Of a stretch of DNA of 64,000 nucleotides, positions 11,465 through 24,900 are shown piece after piece. The translations under genes and the position numbers were made by a program. A model generated the notes under the pieces. The model ran no database searches. It saw only the letters and a program-made list of their open reading frames with translations, and was not told the origin of the DNA. Where the stretch lies: contig JAPMXV010000005.1 of NCBI GenBank assembly GCA_026936335.1, forward strand, positions 124,001 through 188,000. Reading direction: 5' to 3'. Origin of the DNA: Mantamonas sphyraenae STR306 (Eukaryota > Protista > CRuMs). The first letter of the stretch is position 1; each line of letters opens with the position of its first letter.

Positions 11465-13463
11465 ATGTCGTCCACGTTTAATCAAAAGAACCCGGCTGTG
11501 CGTCGTATCCTCAGCGAGGTGCGCGAAATGGCTCGGGACAACTCGTGGCAATACACGGCTGCGCCGTTGGAAGACGTACGTGTGCCTTCAGAGACCATTT
11601 CCCGTTTGCCGTCCCCATTCCGTGTCCCTCACACCTGGTCTCGACCCTTGCAGAATGTTTTTGAATGGCATTTCACCATTCGCGGCCCGCCAGACTCTGC
11701 ATTTGAAGAGGGCATCTACCACGGGCGCATCCTACTGCCGAACGACTATCCGCTGAAACCGCCCGACTTTATCTTTCTCACGGTAGGTTTGCGTGGAGCG
11801 AAGGGGTTGTCATTTGTGGGAGTGTACGCTGTTGGTGGGCTTGGCTTGGCGGGCGCGATGGCCGCAGTTGGGACACACAGGAGCGTTTCCGGCGCTGACG
11901 TCACTTCCTCGCTTTGCCAGGAAAACGGAAGATTCAAGGTGAACGAAAAGTTCTGCGTGACCATCAGCGGATACCACCCGGAAAAGTGGCAGGCGTCGTG
12001 GACAGTGCGCACAGCGTTGCTGGCTCTCATCTCGCTGATGCCCGACGAAGTGCCAGGCATCGGCGCCGTGGACTACGGGGAAAAGGAACGACGGCGGTTG
12101 GCCACAAAGTCCCTCGAGTACGAGTGCGACGTGTGCGGCATCAAGGTGGCCGAGGCTCTGCCGCCGGTGCCCAGCGACTTTAAAGACAGCAAGGAAGAAA
12201 AGGAGCGACTGGCTGTGGCGCAGCACATGCACGAAGGCGATGACGGGGAGGTGCAAGATGATGAACCCAACGCCGAACCCCAAACACAGCCGGAGGCAGG
12301 TCTCAGCCTCAGCAGCAGCACCAGCAGCACCAGCATTACCACAACCTCCACACACAGTAATACTAGCGTAGAGGGACATGTGGATGACCAAGGTGAGACC
12401 GAGGTGACTGTGCACAGCACAGTGAGCGTGGAAAGTGAAGCTGTTGCGGCCTCTACGTTCGGCACGTCTCCGCTACAGTCAGGCGATCCTGTCCAGGATC
12501 CAACGCCTTCCACAGGTCCCTCCATGGTGGGTTCACACAACATGGCCATGCTGGGCGATCTGGGCACGTCGGCACTGTCTGTAGACGTGTCCGTGGAGGA
12601 TCTGTTCAGCACAAACTCGTTGGACATGTCCACCAGCTCTGTGGAGGAGATGACGGCCCAGCTGCAGGCCAACTACTCCAGCATGATGATGCACCACATC
12701 AAAATGCAGCAACTGATGATGCAGCAGTGTGTGCTCCTCAACCAAACTCTGGCCACTCTCAACGAATCCTCGCAATCCAACATCTCTACCTCCTCCGTCT
12801 CCTTTGTCGCACCCGAAGCAGCTGTGCTGCCCAGCATCGACGCTTCAGGCTCATCTACCGGCAGCAGGGCCGCAAGCGACACCCAGCCGGCTCCCGCCAC
12901 TCCCACCCCTGCGCCAAACGCCTCTGTACAGCCTGGTGCCCAGCGCTCCCCTTGGTCTGGCAGCGGGCTGCGCCGCCGTGGCGCACGCGAGGCCAGCGGT
13001 GAGTCCGACGCAGTGGCAGACGCCTCGTTCGACGGCGACGAGGAGGACGACCGCGTGCGCGAGGGACCCGCGGCTCAGTCGACACCAAGTGCCGCAGAGC
13101 CGGCTGCCGAAGGCCCTGTGCACGAGATGAACAGGCGCATCTTGCGCATGCATGGCATGAGCGAGCAGGAGGACGATGACGACGAGTCGGCGCTCAGCGA
13201 CGAGGCTCAGCTCGAGCGAGAAGCACAGGAGGAAAGACGCAGGCAATCGATTGTCCAGCGACGCAAGGCAGGCTTCAATCTGATTATTGTGAGTTCTTCT
13301 GCCCGACCATTGCCCGAGACTGGATCTCCATCTAACAGTTGCGACCGCCGTCACGCCCGCCCTTGTCTCCACAACCTGTCCCTCACAGTATGGCATCCTG
13401 TTTTCCATCATCCTGCTGCTTGTGCGCAAGTTCCAGCTCTCACCACCTTCACTGTTGCAATGA
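11465..13463 (+). CDS. UBE2J1: Tail-anchored ER ubiquitin-conjugating enzyme E2 J1 (Ubc6-like)
   Basis: NPAVRRILSE, PLEDNVFEWHFTIRGP, NGRFKVNEKFCVTISGYHPEKWQASW (catalytic Cys). Introns 11576-11653, 11783-11920 and 13289-13388. The last exon completes a C-terminal TM anchor (GFNLII|YGILFSIILLLVRKF...TGA). Confidence 0.9.
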
Positions 13464-13519
13464 ACAGAACGAGGTGTTTCGGCGCACCTCCATCCAAACC
13501 AACAAAAGCACCCCACACG

Positions 13520-16500
13520 ATGGTCGAATTCAATGACGCAGGCATCTCTGCGTTCTTTGTCTTGAACCTCACCGTGGCATTGCCTCAGCTGGTGCTGTTC
13601 TTTTTCCTGCGCCACTGGAAGTGGACGTCGTACATTTTTGCGCACCGCAAGACGTCGTTCTTTGAACGCGAGTCCAGTCGCATAGCCCTGTTTGACAAGG
13701 TGGGACAGGGCGTCAAGGGCCTGGTTTCTCCCCTGCTGTCCAGCCAAGACGACAAGGACTCGCTTGTGGAGGAGATCCTCGATGCCTCCGACGACGCCGA
13801 GGCGCAGCTTGACGAGGAGAAGGAAGAGGTCATCGACGAACACGACCAAACCCTGGGCGACCATTCCAAAGACGTGGAGGAGCCTTGGTTTGCCTGGATC
13901 CTCACCACCATCCATGCCACGGACTCGGACATCTACAAACACTGTGGTTTTGACGCGGTCGCCTTTCTGCAGTTCCAGAAGTACATGATGTACCTGTTCC
14001 TTCTCATGTCCGTCACCACCACCCCCTGGCTCATTTGGATCAACTCTATGGGCACGGCCAACCAGAACAAGGAGTTTTACGTCCCGGGCGTCGTGTACGA
14101 CTGGGCGACCACCAACATGGACGCCGAATCCAACTACCTCTACGCACACACTGCCGCCGCCCTCCTCATCACCTTTATCACCCTCTACCTCATCAAGTCA
14201 TACCTCATCGACTTTCAGCAGAAGCGGTATGTCGAGTGCATGTGCACACGGTCCTTTACCGAGGCCTTCCTCACTTTTCTTTCCGGCCCTGTGCTTCAAG
14301 ATCGCGTGCACAAACGCCCCCTCGGCGCCCTCGCCTTCATCTCTGCTCACACACCCTCGCCTGACCGCGCACAATCTCCCCACACACCGTGTTGACTGCC
14401 CCACGATCCACTCGCAGACGTAACTTCCAGTTCCTCGAGGCTGAGGTGAACAAAAACCGCCGCTCGCCGGCCAGCATGCACACAGTGCGCGTCGACAAGC
14501 TCCCGCGGGAACTCACGAGCGAACGCATCCTGTTCCAATACTTCAACACAAACCTGTACCCGGGCAAGGTTTTGGCTGCGCATATCTGCAGAGACATGCG
14601 CGATTTGGTGCGCATCCAGCAGGAGCGCGACGAACTGCGCAAAACCCTCAAGCACTTGGAAGGTACGACGACAACATCATCAAAGCCGCTGCATCCTACA
14701 CCTATGAAGCCCACGCGCACACACACACACACAGGCACGCACTCACTCACACACAATCTCTCGCTCTCGCTCTCGGCCTTCTCCGCAGACAAGTACTCGG
14801 TGACACGCGAGGTGCCCCGCAGCATGTTCTGCTGCGGAAAGGACAGAATCATGGACCTGCGCCTCAGGATTGCAGACAAGGAACAGATCATTCGAGCGCT
14901 GCTTAACGAGGCATATCCGTCGACGGGCGTGGCCTTTGTCACGTTCCGCGATCCGGTCACTGCCAAGCAATGTGTGCAGAACTTTTCCTTCAACAAACGC
15001 AAAATCAGCGTTGCCGACATGCTCATTGAGGTGGATCCGTTCATCGACCCAGAGTCGGCCAAGCGACTCGCACGCGAGGCAGAAGCAGCTCGCAAGAACA
15101 CAAAGCGCACAGGAACGCAGGACGAGGCAGACGAACCGGGCGTACAGGCGCATCGCTCTCAGTCTCGCCTCCAGCGTGTCAAGAACAAGGGCAAGGAAGT
15201 CAAGCAAAGCATCCAGTATATGCGCATGTCTGACGAGCTGCAGCTGGACGAGGACAACGTGTGGGCTGTGAGCCTTGCCCCGCACCAGTCGGAGATCATC
15301 TGGAGCAACCTTCAGATCCCACCCCGGCAAAAAGTCAGCCGCAACTACGTCATCAAGGCGGTCACTGTGTTGCTGGTTGCATTCTGGGGTGTGCCTGTCG
15401 GTTTTCTGGGCAACATCAAAAGCCTCACCTCGCTGCCTGTGGTTGGCAACGCCTTTGATTTTGTGCTCCACCTCGACGTGCGCGTATACTCGTTTGTGTC
15501 GGGTTATTTGCCCACCATTGTGTTGGTCCTGTTCAACTCCTTCCTGCCGAGCATTCTCACCAAGTTTACCCTGTACGAAGGCGTCACCACCATCAGCCAC
15601 CTCCATCTGGAGACGATGCAGAAGCTCTTTCTCTTTCTGTTCTGCAACACCGTCATTGTGCCCTCGCTCACCATCGGCCTCGCCTCCACCGTTGCCTCGT
15701 TCATCACGCACGTGGAGAGCGAACCGGCACGCGAGATTGCAAACCTCGTACTGCAGATCACCACCCCGGCCACCAACCTCTTTATTTCCCTCTCTATCCA
15801 TTCGGCCATCACTGCATCCAGCAGTGAGCTGTTGCGCATCGGCGACCTGATCTCCAACAAGCTTGGCCGCTACCTCGCCGTCACTCCCTTGGAACGACTG
15901 CGCGCGGACCAGGCCATCGTCACTCCTTTCAACTACTGGCAGAAGTACAGCACCATGCTTGTGTCCATCAGCATCGGCATGATGTTCAGTGTCAACGCAC
16001 CCATCACCACGCCTCTCGTGGCCCTGCTCTTTGTCACCCAGTTTTTTGTCGACAAGTACAACCTGTTGTACATCCACGACCGTCAGCAGGTCACCACCGA
16101 CGGCCGGCTCCACACACAGGTTCTCTACTACGTTCTGGCCATCCTCATTGTCATGCAGCTTTCCACCGTGTGCCTCCTCAGTGCCAAGCTGTTCCCCATC
16201 GGCGCAGGCATTGTGTTTGCCCTCCTCGTGTGGTGTTTCCTCTTTGGCTTCCGCCTCTTTCAACGCTTCACCGAGGCCATCTTCACCCAGGACCTCGTCA
16301 TCGAGACTGCCGCACGCGACGCAAACTATGGCGCCATCAATCCCACAGACTCGGTCAGTTCGCTCGTCGACATGCAAGCCAAGCGTTCGAAGCTGCCCCG
16401 ATCCTACGAGATTGCCTTTATGCACCCTGCCATGAAGCTGTCCAAGGACAAGACTGTCGATCCGCTCCCTGCGGTCGGCGCACGCACCAACCTGCTGGCC

Positions 16501-18882
16501 AACATCAGCTCGGGCATCACCACAGGCATTTCGGGCATGGCTTCGGGCATTACCAGCCTGGTGAACCGCAATCAGGACGAGGAGGAGGAGGAGGAAGGGG
16601 AAGAAGGGGAAGAAGGGAACGAACAGGACGCCAATGGTCAGACGACAGGCACGGAAACAGCGGCCATGGCCGTCGAGGGCGAACGCGACGTGAGTGGCAT
16701 GACGGAAGAGGAGCGAGAGGCCTATCTGCGCGAGAAGGCCATCCGTGCGCAGGTGGGACGCAAACGCAAGCCTCGCAAGCTGCGCAAGAAGAAACGTCGT
16801 CTGCTGCCCGACTATCTGGGCGGTGGCCTGGCACCGGAAAAGCCCAACGACGCAGAGAAGGACGGAAAGGGCAAGGGCAAAGGAAAGGGCAAGGATGGCG
16901 GCAACGGAGAAGACTTTTCTCTGGATGCCGGTGCTGGAGTGGCACGATCGTCCAGCATGGCGATTCCGGGCTCGTCGACAGGAAACACAGCGTCGCCATA
17001 CGCAGCAGCCAACACGTCGCAAATGGTGGTTGCGTATCAACCCAACGGCAACGGAGTGCAGCCGCAGGTGCCGCAGCCGTACGATTCGGGTGACTCGCAG
17101 GCAGTGGGGTCGTTCAGCAACCTGTACGGAAGCTTCAGCCGCGGACGAATCAAGGACGAGTTCAACGAGCCCGACGCAAGCGACGAAACGGACATCACCG
17201 ACTTTCTGCGCCGTCTGCGTTCGCAGAACGTGCAGCTGGACGAGTTTGTCACCCGGCTGGTGGATCCGAAGAAGCCCCGTCTGATGTCGGGTATCCTGCG
17301 TCAACCGTACACAGGGACCATTGCCAAGCTGTGCAACCCGCTGTTGAATATTGTCACGTGCCGCGCCCAACACCTGCGCTTCATCCACATGGCAATTCGA
17401 TTTGAGATCCGGTACACGACGTCGCCGAGGCAGCTGTTCCGCGCAAACAGCATCTGCACGCGCCTTCTGACCGAACTCAACCGTCTTGTGGGCATGCAGT
17501 ACATCCACACGTTGCTCACGCCTGTGATGAGCGAGCTTGAGAAGCGCTCCTCTGTGTTTGACCTGGACGCGCTGCACAAACACAGCGACCAGGAACAAAT
17601 TGCCACCGATCTGCTGGATCTGGCCCAACGCACCCTGGTCTCTGTGTTGGACAGCGTGCAGGACACAATGCCCCTGCTCACCAAGCAGATGGCGTTCTAT
17701 GTTTACCTGGAGACAGCCAAACACTTCCCCAACAATGAGTACCTTGCGCTGTGCGGCTTCTTCTTTGCCCGCTTCCTGTGCCCTTTGATTGCCCATCCGG
17801 TGTGGTACTCGAGTCCACAGGGCCCACACGTGACCAACAGCAACGTGTTCCGCCAAAACACAAACATGCTGGCCGCGTGCTTGCGTCAGATTGCCAGTGG
17901 CCAGCCCTTCCCCGAGGCCTGGGCACAGCGTGATCGCTTCAACCAGTGGATGCAGGACCAGCTGGAGCCGATGCGCTCCTTCTGCCACGAGATTGCGGAT
18001 CCGGAGAGCATCGATATGCCTGTGCGAGCGCTGGGCCAGATGGACACCAAGGAAGCGCAAAAGGTGTTGAGTTGGTGTGCACACCATGCAGACCAGCTGG
18101 CCAATGTGCTGGACGTCGAACTGGACGACAACCTGCTGTTCATGCGCAGGGGCCCTCATGCATCCGAAGACACTGGCTCTGTGTTTTCGGGCTACTCCAA
18201 CCTCACCAGCGACTCGCTGATGGGCGAACTCGAGTTTGACGACGACGAGTTTGCCAGCAACAGCGTCGCCGGTGACGCAGACGACGCGTCGGGCTACGAT
18301 GGCGCCTCGTCCTCGGCCGCAGCCGCTGCAGCTGCCTCGGGCGTGGGCAACCCATCGTATGGATTGGACCACTCCAAGGCCAGCTCGAACAAGAAGGGCG
18401 ACGACGATGCTGAAGCTGAGGAGGATGAAGGGGCCAAGACGGCCGAGGACTCGTACCTGGAAAACCTGGATTCCGTGGGCATGCTCAGCAACAAAGAGTA
18501 CACGGCACTGCTACGCACAGGCGCCTACTTCCAAAAGTATGCCGCTGCCAAACAGGGCAAGTCGAGCAAACGCTACGTCTGGGTGTCCAAGGATCTGCGC
18601 AAGGTGTTTTGGGACAAGAACGACAAGCAGGCCAAGCAGGGAGGCACGTCGAGTGGCTCCATCAAGGTCAAAGACATCCAACGCATCTCACGCGGCCAAA
18701 GCACAAAGGCATTTGGCTCCAAGGCTGCCAGCAAGGCCGACCTGTGCTTTTCACTCATTTCCACAGAGCGCACGCTCGATCTACAGCTCATCCCCACCGG
18801 TGGGCCCAAGGGAAACCTTCAGCCTCTTGTCGAGACCGAACAGTGGGTCAAGGCGTTTCTGTTCCTCAAGCATGGGCGTTGA
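13520..18882 (+). CDS. OSCA/TMEM63 (CSC1-like) mechanosensitive channel fused to C-terminal RasGAP-like and PH domains
   Basis: OSCA motifs: CGFDAVAFLQF, TGVAFVTF, AP.QSEIIWSNL, YLPTIVL, FFVDKYNLLYI. RasGAP motifs: LFRANS and FFFARFLCPLIAHP. PLC-type PH motifs: G..F.KY...KRYVWV...W...I.RG....F...CFSLI...RTLDL...WV. Introns 14227-14417 and 14663-14788. Confidence 0.85.
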
Positions 18883-18934
18883 TCAGCATTCGCGGAATGC
18901 AACAGGTTCATTTCCACCCGGTTCAGCTCCACAC

Positions 18935-21900
18935 TCACTCGCTGTTCTCGTCTTCATCCTCATCGTCGTCGGTGTCCACACTGCCGTGGCCCACCGAAAT
19001 CTCTGCCATGGCAATGCTCTTGCGGTTCTTTGCTTTGGCCATCTGTTCCGCAGCGCCAGCCTTTGCGTACATCGCGCGAAGCTGGTCAGCGTCGATGACA
19101 GCGTTGGGGTCGACAAACGGAGTGAAGAACTGGGTGACTTCAACGACGACGGCGTCTGCGTCGTGCTCTTCAACAAGGTCCTTCATCCTGTACATGCGAG
19201 AAGAGCGGAAGCTCTGGTCCTTGCGCTTGAGGAGGCGTCGGATCTCGCCCACATTCTTGTAGGTGCGTCCCACCTCCTGGGTGGTAGCAATGTTGAGCTG
19301 CTTGTGCGCCTCGCTGATGCTAATGTCCTGGATGTTCTTCATCTGCGTGGACACGAGGTTGGCCATGCGCGAGATCATTTTCTGCTTCTTGGACATCTCG
19401 TAGAGGCCCTTGGCGAGGATGATGACAAAGGTGAGCAGCAGAATGGTGTTCATGAGCACCAGCACAATGGAGAGGATGACCGAGCTGTCTTCGTCCACCT
19501 CTTCGGGTCGGAAATACAGCATGCCGGACATGAGCGTGACCACGGTGACCACAAGCGACGACGTCTCCAGTCGGCTGGTCAGGGCCGAGCTCATGGGGCG
19601 CATGTACAAATGGAAAACGAGGGCAAAGACAACAACCCACAGACCACTGTAGATTTGTGTCAGGGGACGCCTCGAGAAAAACACAATGACGGCGACCACC
19701 AGCAGCTTGCGCAGCAGCACCACAATCTCCCAGAAGTAGCGTTTGGGACGGAAACCCTCGTAGAGGAAGCGATAGCGCTGCTGGATGGTCTCCGAGGTGT
19801 ACAGTCTGCTGCGATTCTTTGTGAGTAGGGCGAGACCCATGAGGGGCAAGCCTGCGCAGTAGCCGACGACCATGAACCAGCCCCAGGCCTGGTGGTAGAG
19901 GTACTCGGGGGACTTGCAGGAGATGGAGAGGTCGGTCCAGAGGAAGGTTTGGTCCTGGTCAAACTCGGCGCAGTTGAAAATCTGAAACACCTGCTTGGTG
20001 ATGACCGGATGGGCAAGGAAGAGGGTGACGAGGACAGTGACGGAAAAGTAGCGCACTGCGTGGCGCCGCACCTTTGTGCGCTTGGTTTCGGAAACCTGCC
20101 CGCGTGCGCCAATCTGCAGGGTGAAGCCCGTGGCAGACTCGTCGATGGCTGTGTCTCGAGCTGTTCGGACAGCTGGGCTTTGCGCATGCGACGCAAGTAG
20201 ACAATGGTAAAGAGGATGGCCGGAGCGCCGACGCCAATGAGCGGGAAGGTCATGTAGAGGGAGAAGCGCTGAAAGTAGGTGAGGCCAAAGGCGCAGTTGA
20301 CTGGATGCACGTTGAGGGAGAGCAGAGCAAGGCCCATGGTGTCAAAGAGACCCTGGACCAGTGCGGGCCAGCGTGTGTTGAAGTCGCCCACAAAGGCAAT
20401 GACCTGGAGGTAGTTGAGCATGATCTTGACAATGATGGAAAACTCGCTCTTGGGTCCGCTGGCGGTGCTTACGAGGAAGTACAGCAGCACAATGGCGAGG
20501 CCAAAGAACACCAGCACCAGGAACCAATTAGTGGCTGCCGGACCGCAGGCGGAACAGGTGCTGCCAAACTTGCCATAGCCTGGAGAGCACACGGAACACA
20601 GGGGACCCTCGTAGCCCTGGGCACAGGTGTCGTTTGCACCACCCACGCACGCAGCTGGGTTGGGACAGTCGTAAAACACGCGCGAAGTCTGCGACACACG
20701 CCAGAAGCCCGAGGAGGGAATGATGGAGGCGCCTCCTGTGCAGACGGCTCCTTTGCGACACGGGTTGCAGTCTGTCTTGTCGCTGCCCACCTGGAAGAAT
20801 CCCGGTTTGCAGCGGCAGACGTCGCGCGAGGTCTGTGCAAACAGCCCACCTGTGTCTGTGTTGCCCGGGCACTTGTTGCACCTGCTGGCACCCTGGTTGG
20901 GATTGTACGAGCCGCTGTCGCAGCGCTGGCAACGTCGCGAGACGCCGTCGTCGGCCACGGTTTCAAAGAAGCCCGGCGCGCACAGACAGGTGCGACCCAA
21001 CACACTCTCGGGCTCGGAAAAGGGCAACACTTCGACACAGGCTCGGATGCGCACCTGCTCCATGCGCACGGCACCGAGACTGCCGATTCCGCCGGGTTGG
21101 CTCATCACAAGTGTGTAGTTGTTTCCGTAGCGACCCAGCAGACGCACGTTGTCGAACACGGCGGTTCCGGCCACAAAGGCCACCGTGGTGTCGCCCGACA
21201 GCGAGGCGGAGGAGCCACTGCCACTCTCCAGCGCAATGCCCACCAGAGTGCCAGTGTCGTTGATGCGATTGTCCACGGCGTCGTGCAGGTGCACCTTGGG
21301 CGCCGGTGACAGGTTCACGCCGTTGTCGAGCACTGCTGCCACCGATTGAGCCAGCACCAGCCGATGGGCGGGTCCGGGCCGCACAGTAAGGACGACCGCT
21401 GCCTTGTCCAAGCCCACAGACGCCACAAAGAGATCGTACGAGCCAGCACGTGCGGTGGCGTGGATGCCACTCAGCGTTCCCTGCCCACCCGCACCCAATG
21501 TCACCTGGGTGTTGCCCGACACAAGCACAGAGGCAGCGGAAGCCGCGGCCGTGGCCGTGGCCGTGGCGACGACCGAGGCCTGCGCTTGAGTCGATTGCTG
21601 CTGTTCCTGAAGCGAGACGACACGTCCGACGGTGTCGTTGACGACGTTTCCACCTGCGTCGACAATGGCCAGGACAATGTCGGGCAAGGCCACGGATGTG
21701 CCTGTGCCTGTGTACGCCACGTCGATGAGGTTGCTTCCGCTTGCGCCGCCCACCGTGTCCAAACGAACAGTGGATGCGGCCCCGGTGACCACTGTGAATG
21801 TCCATTGGGTGCTGACCAGGCCTGCAGCGGACAGGTCAACCACATACGCGCCCTTGAGCGGACGCACGAGGGACAGGTCAATAAACGCTGCGGTGCCGCC

Positions 21901-24900
21901 AAGCATGCCGATGCTGAGAGTGCCACGCAGCAGCTGCTGTTGTTGGGAGGAAGGCGACTGGATGAGAGCGAGGGCGACGGTGTGGTCCACGTCGGCGGTG
22001 CCCACAGACGCGTTGGTGGCATCCACCGTGGCAATCTTGAGTTCGGGCAGAGCTGTGTCGGCCATGGATGGCAAGGGTGCCATGCCTGCTGTGGAGGTCA
22101 CACGCAGGGCGTACGCCGGCCCTGTGACAATGCGCACAGTGAAGCGGGCCGGCGCGATGGTGGTTTGCGGATCGATGTCGCCGACCTCAAAGGTGTACGT
22201 ACCGTGTGGCGGATTGGCCAGCGAGAGGCCATCCAGCAACGCTGTGCCGTCTGTGTCGTTGAGTGGCAGCTCGGCGATGCCGAGGAGCGTCAGCAACGGT
22301 TCGCTTCCGAGCACCACCTGGGAGACCGACACGTTGACTCTCTCGACTTCGACGTTGGTCAACGCGCCACCAGCGTCACGCGACTGGATACGCACGGCTG
22401 GCAAAGGATTGAGTTTGCGTGCACCGAGTGTGATTGCGGAGCCACTGCCTCCATCGACCACCACACCCAGCTCGGCCGGCGGTCCAACAGTGACCTGCAG
22501 GGTGAGTTGCTGCGAGGTGAGTCCCGGTGAAGTGAAGCGCAGCGTGTAGCCACCCACAGAGGGACGGAAGAGAGACAGTTGCACCCAGTCAATGTGATCC
22601 TCGGTGCCGTCAAACGCGCGTGTGGTCGTGCCGTTGAGGACAACCGCAGCCGCCACGGCTCCTGCGGGCCTTGCCACCAACGCAATGCTGACTTGGCGGC
22701 CGTTGAGACTGGCGGCGTCGAGCAGATTGCCACCAGAGTCGCTGATACGCACAGAGACACTGGGCACGGACAAATCCACAAGGGAGCCCTGCGGCCTGTT
22801 GAAACTCTCACTGGGGGTGGCCACAATGGACGCCGGAGCGCCTGTGACCACGACCACGGTCACGTTTGCTGCCACGAGATTGAGGGTGGACAAGGAAAGA
22901 GTGTAGGTGCCCGTGGGTGCGTTGCGCACAACGAGGCCATCGAAGGTGAGGTTGGCCTGGACCATGACTCGGGTCAGGGACGCACCGCCGAGGTAGGCTG
23001 TGGCATCAACGCCGTTGGCGCTGTACAGTTTGGCACGCACCTCGCGTGTGCCCTGGTCCAACGCACCCACGGGCGTGTCGGCAGCATCCACGGCGACAAG
23101 CGACACAGACGGCAGGGCGCTGCTGGGGCTCGAGGGCAGGGTGACATTGACACCGGCCTGAGCGAGGTTGCCCTCCAGACGCAGGGCCACGGGAGTGCCT
23201 GGCTGCACGGTGACGGTCAACGTGTCGCCAGTGAGTTGAAAGGCGGTAAAGGCAAATGTGTACACACCGGAGCGCGGGCGTACTAGAACGAGATCAGAGA
23301 CATTTGCGCGCGCATTCGTGTCGACGGTGCGTTGGGTGGTGGCCGTCCACACGAGCTCCTGTGTGCTGTTGTTGCTGCTCAGGTGCACCAGTGTGCCCGT
23401 GGCATTGACGGCGACGTTGCCTCCTGCGTCCTGGCCCACCAAGAGAATCGGATCCAATCGCACCGTGGGTGCCGAGCGCACGGTCACCGCGCCTCCGCTG
23501 GCAAGCACCACACGTGTGATGAGCCCAGCCAACACCTGCACCTGCACATGCACCGACGTCAAGCCAGGTGCAGTGAAGGCCATCGCGTAAATGGCAGCGC
23601 GAGGCGAGGCAAGGTGCAAATTGCCAAGGGTGGCACGTCCCTGCGTGCTGGCCACCACGGTGGTGCCACCAAGCACAACGGCAAACGGGACAGTGGTCAA
23701 CGAGGCTGTGATTGTGTTGCCTGGATCCGTGGCGCCAATGTCGTTGTTGCCTCCGTCTCGAAGGCACAACGCCACCGACGGCAGCGCTGTGGTTGCCTCT
23801 GCATGCACTGTCACCGACGATCCCACCGAGCCAGCACAGAGCGTCAGGTTGCGTGGTGTGCCCACGTTCACTTCGATGCGTACGACGCCACTGGCGAGGC
23901 CCGTGACGTCGATCCAAAGGTTGTACACGCCAGCTTGCGGCGCACGCAGACCCAATCCAGTCAGGTTGGCGACGCCTGCGCCGATGGCAAAGGTGGAGGC
24001 GCCCGTGGTGGTGAGGATGGAGGAAGTGACGTCCTGCTGCGCGGCGTTGAGGAGGCGCAGGGTGACGGCACGTCCCTGGGTGATTGTGTCGCCTGCACCC
24101 AATGGGGTGCCCTCCAGGTTGGCAGTGGCGACGTCGATGGTGGGCAGGCTGACCTGCGTGTCTGCAGACACGGTGAGGTTGAGGCCAGTTTGCACTTGAA
24201 CACTGCGCGGCGTGTCGACATACACGCCGTGTGCCTCCAGCTCGTACAGCCAACCGCCGTCGGTGGAGCTGGGCACGGTGCCCATGATGGGTTGGCTGTT
24301 GTTGAACTGCAGGCGGAGGGAACGCATGCGCGTGACGGGGAAAAAGTCGATGCACAGCGACACATCGCTGTTGTCGCTGGGCACCACGGTGCAAGGCTGG
24401 GGCACACCCACCTCGGCGCCCAACACACGCTGGACCACACGTTGCCAGGCCCCGCCGTCGGTGCTCTGGTAGTACACTTCGTAGTCAGCCTTGGGTTCGT
24501 TGCGGCATGGCCTGTACCAGCTGCTCACCACGTTGTTCACAAACGCATCCTTTTTCAGCCTCAGCGTCACCGACGCCAGGCTGTCCGCGGCAGCCGCCGC
24601 CTGAGCAAAGTTGGCACCGCAGTCGATGCCCCGCGTGCCGTTTACATTGCGACAGCACCGGTCGCCGTCCACAAGCATGGCTGCCTTTGTGCCTGTGCCT
24701 GTCAGGTTTGAATGGGCGCTGATCGACCCCTCTGTGGCCAAGTTGCCAAAGTACGTCAGCCCCAACGCCTGCCTGTCCACAACACCCGACGGCAGCTCCG
24801 TGGTCTGTCGGCACTGCTCGCTAAAGGGCTCCCTGTAGCGGAACTCGAGGGCGTTGGAAAACTTTTGGCCATCGTTTGCCACGGCTGCTGTGCCCAGCCC

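Noticed and set aside
11126-14395. Single 1089-aa ORF as listed in the track
   Set aside because: It is better explained as UBE2J1 (three GT-AG introns, own TM tail and stop at 13463) plus OSCA exon 1.
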